24,000 bases of DNA, taken from positions 9,674-33,673 of the forward strand of contig JAXKAR010000015.1 of the NCBI GenBank assembly GCA_036305845.1, in the 5' to 3' direction. The notes beneath the pieces are model-generated. The model made no database searches, had not been told where the DNA came from, and saw nothing but the letters and a program-made list of their open reading frames with translations. The stretch comes from Emergencia sp. (GTDB lineage Bacteria > Bacillota > Clostridia > Peptostreptococcales > Anaerovoracaceae). Within the stretch, counting starts at the first letter, position 1. Each line of letters begins with the position of its first letter. The position numbers and the translations under genes are program-made. Positions 15,728-23,400 of this stretch are shown here, in pieces.

Positions 15728-16389
15728 TGAGAAACAAATTCGACGAACAGCTTGCACTGCTTAATGTGGAGCTGATTAAGATGGGAAGTCTTTGTGAACT
15801 TGCGATTTCCAACGCAATTAAAGGGCTTCTGGATGATAATGACGAGCTGCTCCATCTGGCGGCAGAGACAGATAGTGAAATCGATGAGAAGGAAAGAGAA
15901 ATCGAGAATATGTGTTTCAAACTGCTCCTGCAGCAGCAGCCGGTAGCAAGAGACCTGCGAACGATTTCTGCAGCATTGAAGATGATTTCTGACATGGAGC
16001 GAATCGGTGATCAGGCTTCTGATATTGCAGAAATTGCAGAATTTATCGAAGGGGAGCAGTCCAAGGAACACACACATCTGAAAGCGATGGCTGAGGCGGC
16101 GTCAAAGATGGTGACAGAATCCATTAAGTCCTTTGTAGATAAGGATCTGCAGCTTGCCAATAAAGTTATGGGGGATGATGATGTAGTGGATCATCATTTT
16201 GAGCAAATGAAAGAAGACATCATTGGTTTGATTCGTCAGGGAGAAGCCAGCGCAGAGCTTTCTCTGGATCTGCTCATGATCGCCAAGTATTTGGAACGAA
16301 TCGGTGATCACGCTGTAAACGTGGCTGAGTGGGTAGAATTCTCTATTACCGGTCAGCATATGAGTGAAGAGATGAGAACCAGAATATAA
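15727..16389 (+). CDS. phoU: Phosphate signalling regulator PhoU
   Basis: It has the two-repeat PhoU architecture with 'MERIGDQASDIAE' and 'LERIGDHAVNVAE'. Its start overlaps the pstB stop (TAATG). Confidence 0.93.
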   Translation: MRNKFDEQLALLNVELIKMGSLCELAISNAIKGLLDDNDELLHLAAETDSEIDEKEREIENMCFKLLLQQQPVARDLRTISAALKMISDMERIGDQASDIAEIAEFIEGEQSKEHTHLKAMAEAASKMVTESIKSFVDKDLQLANKVMGDDDVVDHHFEQMKEDIIGLIRQGEASAELSLDLLMIAKYLERIGDHAVNVAEWVEFSITGQHMSEEMRTRI

Positions 16390-16417
16390 AATGCGTTTTG
16401 CAGAAGAAAACATAACA

Positions 16418-16451
16418 GAAAAAGGAGTAGCTTATGCCGACTCCTTTTTCT
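16418..16451. terminator. Bidirectional hairpin terminator between the convergent phoU and nhaC-family genes
   Basis: Perfect 12-bp stem agaaaaaggagt / actcctttttct with a 10-nt loop. The A and T runs lie within the arms. Confidence 0.65.
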
Positions 16452-16494
16452 GTTATAGGTTTATGTTTTAAAAAAGTTACAATATTGTGTGCCT

Positions 16495-18000
16495 TTACGC
16501 AGCAGCTTTTTCTTCCTTGGTCTTCAGTCTTACCTTTGGTTCCTTTGGCAGTCCGAACAGAGGAATGAATCTGTCTGCGCCGGTGAAGGTCAGAAGCAGC
16601 ATGGAAGCAACTGCAATCATAGCCATGAAGTTGTACTTGATGAAGTCTGTGTTTGCGAAGTCGAACAGCGGATATACGTTGGCTGCGATACCTACATAGA
16701 AACCCAGATATACGTGCCATGGAATCAGCTGGGAACCGAATACGCCCATTGCATCTCCGAAAGTTGCGTTTCTCAGCTTAATCTTGTACATGTCTTCTTC
16801 TGTTTCAGCTACGATGTTTTCTTCTGCGATACCCTTGATGATTGGGCCAACAGTTACGATCTGTGCCATTTCGTCAGACAGAATGGCATTACCGGCAAGG
16901 CAGAGAACGCCGTTGCAGGTCATCAGCTGTCTTACGTTTCTGGAAATCTTGACGATCAGGTTTGCCAGCGGGTCAAAGGCCTTCATTGCGCCCATGATGC
17001 CGCCGAATGCAGCAACCCACATCATCATAACGACTACCCAGGATCCTGCGTCAGCAAAACCTGCCATACACATATCCAGGTATTCCTGCAGTCCGCCGGC
17101 TGCGAAGGAAGTTGTTCCTGCAAACAGTCCCAGGATATAAGCGGAAACGATACCGCTGCCGATGCAGGCAAAGGTGTTTACGCCAAGAACTGCTAAAACG
17201 ATAACCAGAATCAGCGGAATAATCATGTAAACAGCAACGCCGTGCTGTACCTGGTTCAGCAGATCGATAGCTTCCGGTCTTTCGCCTGCCAGATAGTCCA
17301 GCGCACTTTGCGGTACGGAATCCATAACGTTGGTTGCAACAACGGATTCACCAGGCAGATCCATAAGGATACCTGCAACGAAGAATGCAATTGCAGCCAG
17401 AATCAGACAGAGAACGGACCAAACGCCCTGACTTCTAATTCTGTCAACAACTTCTACGCCCTGAATACCGGAGGATACGATGGTGGTATCGGAAATCAGA
17501 CCGATATTGTCACCGAAGCATGCGCCGCCGGCGATTGCGCAGGTAGTCAGAAGCAGGCTTCCGGTTTCGATACAGTTCGGGTCAACGATATGTACTAACC
17601 ACAGGAAAATCGGTGCGCATGCAGCGAAGGTTCCCCAGGAAGTACCGGTTGCTACGGACAGAACAGCAGTTACACACAGACCGATAACGGCTGTAGTCTT
17701 TGCTGTTACGCCCAGAGACAGTGCGATGTTTACAACGGAAGCGCCTACGCCAGTAGACATGAATGCGCTTGCCATTGCATAGGCAAACATCAGGATGAAC
17801 AAGGCCACGATAATGTTGCTTACGCTGCTAATGGATGCATCAATACATTCTTTAAATGTAAGCTTTTCGGTAATTTTTGCTACCACTACGGCTACACAGG
17901 CAGCGATAGGCGCAGCAAGCAGTGCGTCTTGTCCGGTCATCATCAAGCCTGCCAGTACGATGATTGGCACGAACTTGAATGCGGCTTTTAGAAAATTCAT
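16495..18000 (-). CDS. NhaC-family (Na+/H+ antiporter-type) membrane transporter; substrate unknown
   Basis: 501-aa polytopic membrane protein whose composition and length fit the NhaC family (for example 'ATGTSWGTFAACAPIF' and 'GACFGDNIGLISDTTIVSS'). A strong ribosome-binding site AAAGGAGAAAG is read on the minus strand at 18004-18014. Confidence 0.75.
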   Translation of the reverse strand: MNFLKAAFKFVPIIVLAGLMMTGQDALLAAPIAACVAVVVAKITEKLTFKECIDASISSVSNIIVALFILMFAYAMASAFMSTGVGASVVNIALSLGVTAKTTAVIGLCVTAVLSVATGTSWGTFAACAPIFLWLVHIVDPNCIETGSLLLTTCAIAGGACFGDNIGLISDTTIVSSGIQGVEVVDRIRSQGVWSVLCLILAAIAFFVAGILMDLPGESVVATNVMDSVPQSALDYLAGERPEAIDLLNQVQHGVAVYMIIPLILVIVLAVLGVNTFACIGSGIVSAYILGLFAGTTSFAAGGLQEYLDMCMAGFADAGSWVVVMMMWVAAFGGIMGAMKAFDPLANLIVKISRNVRQLMTCNGVLCLAGNAILSDEMAQIVTVGPIIKGIAEENIVAETEEDMYKIKLRNATFGDAMGVFGSQLIPWHVYLGFYVGIAANVYPLFDFANTDFIKYNFMAMIAVASMLLLTFTGADRFIPLFGLPKEPKVRLKTKEEKAAA

Positions 18001-18062
18001 TTTTCTTTCTCCTTTACTTAATTGATGATAATTGCTTGGAAATAAAATCCGTAACTATATAA

Positions 18063-18078
18063 AGCAAGCACCGTGCCA
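18063..18078 (-). promoter_or_regulatory. Sigma-54 (-24/-12) promoter of the NhaC-family gene
   Basis: The minus strand reads TGGCAC-GGTGC-TTGCT, an exact match to TGGCAC-N5-TTGCW. It lies 62 nt upstream of the ATG at 18000. Confidence 0.85.
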
Positions 18079-18203
18079 ACTTTGAAAAAAATTTAACAAA
18101 CAAGATAAATAGCGGTAGATGAGCGAAAAATGGGGAATCCGGACAGTGTGAATGAAAGTTGGGATTGAGAAACTCGACATAGATGAACCGAATTTGGTAA
18201 AAG

Positions 18204-18245
18204 ATTGTCAAACTTGTCCCGAAAATGGGTCAAAACTATTGACAT
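18204..18245. promoter_or_regulatory. Candidate enhancer (UAS) for the sigma-54 activator
   Basis: The imperfect palindrome TTGTCCC-N6-GGGTCAA (18214-18233) is nested within TTGTCAA (18205-18211) and TTGACAT (18239-18245). GTCAAAC-type half-sites are repeated. The region lies about 130-170 bp upstream of the sigma-54 promoter. Confidence 0.4.
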
Positions 18246-18267
18246 TTACGCGCTGTAGGAATAGGAT
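18239..18267 (+). promoter_or_regulatory. Candidate sigma-A promoter of the regulator (and the downstream giant gene)
   Basis: TTGACA (18239-18244), a 17-nt spacer, then TAGGAT (18262-18267). A ribosome-binding site AGGAG at 18302-18306 precedes ATG 18313. Confidence 0.45.
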
Positions 18268-18312
18268 GAAAATAAGATGGATTTTAGATGGTTAAGTGAT
18301 TAGGAGAAACCA

Positions 18313-20394
18313 ATGAAGAAATATTATGGTCTGGATAGAGTGCTGGAGCCTAAGGGCATGGTGCCTGCAACAGCATGGAAACTGGATAATGGCAAGAACC
18401 TGGGACCAAAAGAAGTCAGAATTTGTTTGGAGCGCATTCACCTTGAATGGGGGAACTTCCAACAGATTTGTTCCAGCTGTGGTTTTGACGAGGCAAAGAT
18501 GCGGGTTAAAATTATGGATATCATCGAAAAACGGGGAAAACTGCATAATCCGTTTACTGGTTCGGGCGGAGTTCTCATCGGAACAATTGATGAAATACCT
18601 GAGGCGAGCAGAGAAGGGCATGAGCTAAAGGAAGGCGATCGGATTTACTGTATCACTTCACTGAGCTGTATCCCTATATATATAGAAGACATTTTTGAAA
18701 TTGATTTTAACTACGGGCAGATTGTCTGTTCTGGTTATGCGATTCTCTTTGAAGCTTCTCCGGTGTATAGGATGGAAAAAGGGATGCAGCACAACTATAC
18801 TCTGGCAGCCATCGACGAGGCGGGAAGCCTTTTCGGCGCTTACAACATTGCGGTAGAGCATAAGAATCAGAATATTATTGTCATCGGGCGAAAAACTTAT
18901 ACGGTGGCCATGTATGCAGAAGCAGTGAGAGAGGCTACAGGCGCTTCCACCGAGGTGATTGCCATTATGGACAAACATGCTAAAGAAATTCTGACCCAGG
19001 AAGAAATTGAGAAAGCGCTGTCTCCACTGGTGAAAGCGACTTACTTTGTGGATTTAACTGATCCGGTCAATGCGTTCCATGGACTTCTTGCGCAGAATTC
19101 CAAATTGACTATGGCAGATCAGGTTATCGTGGCAGAAAATATTTTTGGTTCAGAGACCCTGGCCGTTATGCTGGTCAAATCCTTTGGTGACCTATATTTT
19201 ACGGCGGTGGAAAATCACTATTCAGAAGCACAGCTGGTGGCCGAATCTATGGGGAAAATTGTGACGATGTATGCTTTCGACCAGTACGTGAAAGACTATC
19301 CTGAGTTTACTATTCGGATCGTCAAAAGTATCAAACCGATACTGGATACGATCAATCATCTGTATATAGAACGAGAAAAGCAGTGGAGGAGAAACGAAAA
19401 TCGGGAAAAGAGTATGATCATAGAAAATGCCGGTAAACTGGATAATTTTGTTTATCAGAGTCAGGTAACCCGAAGTATGGTGGATGAGGTATTGAATATT
19501 GCCAAGTATGACTGTAATGTAATCATACAGGGAGAAACCGGCGTAGGGAAAGAGCGTGTGCTGTCCTTGATTCATCAGAACAGTGAACGATGTGGAAACC
19601 CTTGTATCAAAATAAACTGCGCAACTATTGCAGAAAGTTTGGCCGAATCTGAGTTTTTCGGATATGAAGCAGGCGCATTTACCGGTGCGCAGACAGCCGG
19701 AAAACCGGGATATTTTGAAATGGCCAATAAGGGAATTCTGTTTTTGGATGAAATCGGTACGCTCTCTATGAATATGCAGTCGAAGCTTTTACGGGTGCTG
19801 CAGGAAAATCAGTTCTATCGAGTTGGTGGAACCCATCAGGTATCCGTCAACGTGCGAGTTATCGTAGCGAACAATATTCCACTGAAGGAGCTTGTTGATG
19901 CAGGCAAATTCAGAGAAGACCTTTACTACAGATTGAATATCTGCAAAATTGATGTGCCGCCGCTGCGTGAGAGAAGAGCGGATATCCTTTGCCTGGCTAC
20001 TACTTTTGCGGCAAACTGGGCTAAAAAATACAACATCAGCAAGGAACTGTCTCAGGAAGCATTGGATAGTCTATATGATTATTATTGGCCGGGGAATGTG
20101 CGAGAACTGGAGAATGTGATTCACAGGCTGGTCATCAGCAGTAAGGATGTGGTTATTGGGAAAGAGGATGTGGATGAAATTCTGGGAGAAAATGACTACG
20201 ATAACAAGCTGCTCAATATGAAGAAGCATTTCGACCGTAATGAAAATCTGGATTTCCATCAGCTTATGGATCAGCAAGAAAAACTGATTATCGAATATGC
20301 ACTGAAACAGGAAGGGACTACCAGAAAGGCAGCGGATTTGTTAGGGCTGCCACAGACGACTTTTGCCAGAAAGAAGTTAAAGTACGGGTTATAA
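18313..20394 (+). CDS. Sigma-54-dependent enhancer-binding protein with an N-terminal MDR-dehydrogenase-like (3,5-diaminohexanoate dehydrogenase-like) sensor domain
   Basis: The AAA+ core shows Walker A GETGVGKE (19531-19554), GAFTGA (19672-19689), Walker B 'ILFLDEIG' and 'WPGNVRELEN'. A C-terminal Fis-type HTH 'TTRKAADLLGLPQTTFARKKLKY' is present. The N-terminal ~370 aa ('DRVLEPKGMVPATAWKLDN', 'RGKLHNPFTGSGGVLIGTIDEI', 'LKEGDRIYCITSL') resemble Kdd/MDR enzymes from memory. Confidence 0.92.
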   Translation: MKKYYGLDRVLEPKGMVPATAWKLDNGKNLGPKEVRICLERIHLEWGNFQQICSSCGFDEAKMRVKIMDIIEKRGKLHNPFTGSGGVLIGTIDEIPEASREGHELKEGDRIYCITSLSCIPIYIEDIFEIDFNYGQIVCSGYAILFEASPVYRMEKGMQHNYTLAAIDEAGSLFGAYNIAVEHKNQNIIVIGRKTYTVAMYAEAVREATGASTEVIAIMDKHAKEILTQEEIEKALSPLVKATYFVDLTDPVNAFHGLLAQNSKLTMADQVIVAENIFGSETLAVMLVKSFGDLYFTAVENHYSEAQLVAESMGKIVTMYAFDQYVKDYPEFTIRIVKSIKPILDTINHLYIEREKQWRRNENREKSMIIENAGKLDNFVYQSQVTRSMVDEVLNIAKYDCNVIIQGETGVGKERVLSLIHQNSERCGNPCIKINCATIAESLAESEFFGYEAGAFTGAQTAGKPGYFEMANKGILFLDEIGTLSMNMQSKLLRVLQENQFYRVGGTHQVSVNVRVIVANNIPLKELVDAGKFREDLYYRLNICKIDVPPLRERRADILCLATTFAANWAKKYNISKELSQEALDSLYDYYWPGNVRELENVIHRLVISSKDVVIGKEDVDEILGENDYDNKLLNMKKHFDRNENLDFHQLMDQQEKLIIEYALKQEGTTRKAADLLGLPQTTFARKKLKYGL

Positions 20395-20409
20395 ATGAGG
20401 AACAGTAAG

Positions 20410-23400
20410 ATGCAAGTGTATGAGGAGTTAAGGAATGCCCTGAAGGATAAAGGGTTTCTGAAAGAAATCGGAAAAACGCAGTCTCAGGTGGACACGGAGC
20501 TGATGCAGAATAACGGAAAAGCTTTTAGCCGGGCTCTCTGCGAAAGAGTGGGAGAGGGCGGCAGATTTTCCGTGCAGGATGTAGTGGAAACGGCCAAAGG
20601 ATGGATAAATCTTTTTTTGGATGAACCGGAAAACGGATGGGCAAATCACTGTTACCATTATATTCTGGGACAGATTTTTCCTGAAAAAGGACTGCCGGCA
20701 GATGCGGAAAACTATCGGCAGGGCAGACAGCTTTTACTGCAGATCCTCAGAGGAATTTATGCCTATGAGGCTAAATATCTGCCTTTTGATCCTACCAAAA
20801 ACCTGCAGCTTTTAAGTGACAAGGAGATACTTGAGGGAGGATTTACCCATGAGTATATAAAACTTCATAAATTAGTCAAGCAAAAATATATCTATGAGTT
20901 CATGCGCATAGGTGCGGATATTACGCCGTTTAATACCCTTGGGCATATTGGCGGAGTGCATTATGTAGCGCTGTATATGGCCAGACAGATGGCTGAAGCA
21001 GGGATACCTGTGGACCTGGGACTGGTTTCCGGTGCTGCAGCAGGACATGATATCGGCAAGTATGGCTGTAGAAAAAGTGAAGAGCGGCGGATTCCCTATC
21101 TGCACTATTACTATACGGATATTTGTTACAGCAGATTTGAGATGCCGAACATCGGTCATATTGCAGCAAACCATTCAACATGGGATTTGGAACTTGAGAA
21201 TCTGTCTGCAGAGTCGCTGCTTTTAATCTATGCGGATTTTCGTGTAAAAAGTGCACGTAACGAAATCGGTGAGGAAATCGTTCATTTTTATAGTCTTGAC
21301 GATGCATATCATGTGATTTTGGAGAAGCTGGACAATGTGGATGAGGTTAAACGGCTGCGTTACCAGAAAGTATATAATAAGCTGAAAGACTTTGAATCCT
21401 ACATGAAAGAAAACGGGGTGCAGACTTGTTTGCCGGCAGATTATAGCCAGAAACCGGAAAAGGCGGGAAAAAAGATTCAACGTGAACTTGTGCTGCTCAG
21501 CGGTCAGGATGTGGTTGATCAGTTGAAGTTCAGCGCTGTGGATCATAATATTCGTCTGATGAGTCGTTTTCACAGTGAGAGTGAATTCGGCAGTCTGATT
21601 GAGGCTGCGCGCAGCGAGCGTCAGTGGAAAAATCTGCGTACCTATATCAGCATCTTTGGTGAGTATTCTACTTACATGACAGAGAAACAGAAATTGCTGA
21701 CATTGAAGTTTCTTTACGAACTTTTGGCACATAAAGAAAGTGATATCAGAAACCAGGCAGCGCTGATTATGGGACAGATGATTGCCGGATTCAGCGATGA
21801 ATACAAAAAAGAGGTGCCTGAAGGAACCATGGTGCCGGATCGGATAGTAAATAATCTTACATTATGGGAACAATACCTGGATAAAATTATCATACCGGAT
21901 CACAAAATGACGGAGCAGCACCGAAAGTGGATCTCCAATTGTCTGGATAGAGTAGCAAAAGCCGTCCTTAATCAGTGTAAGGTTTCCTGCAGATACCGAT
22001 ATTTTGATATATTACAAAATTATTATCGAGAAGAAAAGATGTCTAAAGAAACAGTAATGGTTCTTTTGGATACGGCTTGTGTAATTTCGCCGGAAATCTG
22101 TACCAGTGAGTTTTTGCAGAGATTAGGTGCATTTTTGGCTGCTCAACATGGATGTTATGACAAGAGTATTGATATCGCTGTGCTGAAAACGGCCCACCAT
22201 TTTTTTCCGGGTTACAGTGACGACGATTATCGCAAAGATTTGCGAGAAGTCATGGGAATTTCAGGTGATGATACTGTCTTTGATGATAATCTGTCAGTTA
22301 TGTTTTTGGATAATCTGAAGACCGGAACCCCATGGATTCAGAAGGTGACAAATATTGCTTTTATGCTTGATTATGTGGCAGAAGGCAGTGATAAGGGCAA
22401 GATGCTTCATGTGGCAACCCACTTGGCCAATTTGCTGAAGGTCAGTGAGACGTTGACCGTTCGCCGAGCAGCGGGAGAAGGGCTGCTGGAGATTATTGGA
22501 CACATGCCGATGGAGCAGCGAAACGAACTGACGGTGGAACTGTTTAATGGTTTGGAGTTGGGAGACTATCAGTTTTCGAAATATGTACCCGACTATCTTG
22601 GTCTTGTCATGCTATATCTGCCGACTAAGGAGTTGGACGAGTCCGTAGACGAGCTGCAGAAAGTTTTGGAAACCGGAAATGAAAAAGCGGCTACTTCAGT
22701 TATCAATACGCTGGGGGTTATGGTAGAGCATTACGGGCAATATAAAGTAAGATTTTCTGAAGACCCGGCAATTACAGAAAAACGGCGTTTTCGTCTGCTG
22801 AATATGATTCTCAAAGCCTTTGCCAATTTTAATCCGATAGTTTCTCAGGAAGCATTTTGGACGTTGGGTGTACATCTTTTCGGCAGTGAAACCCTTTCCT
22901 TTGAGGAAAAGACAGAGCTGTTTCGTCATTGTTATAAAAAAGTCATGTCTTTACTGCTTGAGAAAAAAGAGGAAGACCTGGACTTTTACAATCATGCGGC
23001 AGTACTCAACCATATTTATCGTTACATTGCAAGATATCAGGTGGAAGAAGGTAATTTTGATCTGAAACCGGTTAAAAAAGTAGCGTTCTTCCCGGGAACG
23101 TTTGATCCGTTCAGTTTGGGTCACAAGGCGGTGGCTACGACCATAAGAAACATGGGATTCGAAGTCTATCTGGCTTTGGATGAGTTTTCCTGGTCAAAGA
23201 ATACCCAGCCTCGACTGCAGCGAAGAAAGATTATGACAATGTCCATCGCAGATGAGGACAACATTTTTGTCTTCCCGGAAGATATTCCGGTCAATATCGC
23301 CAATCCGGCAGATATCCGGCGATTGAAAGAAATTTTTAAGGGAAAAGAACTGTATATTGCCGTAGGAACAGATGTTATCAAAAATGCCTCTTGTTATAAG

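Noticed and set aside
16489-17196. 235-aa + strand ORF, and other + ORFs (16784-17140, 17242-17598, 17480-17782), inside the NhaC-family gene
   Set aside because: The minus-strand frame gives a continuous 501-aa polytopic membrane protein with a strong ribosome-binding site and a sigma-54 promoter. The + ORFs are off-frame shadows.
20351-20372. TGCCAC-N7-TTTTGCC near the end of the EBP gene, considered as a possible sigma-54 promoter for the giant gene
   Set aside because: It lacks the invariant GG, and the spacing is off. It simply encodes the HTH segment LPQTTFA.
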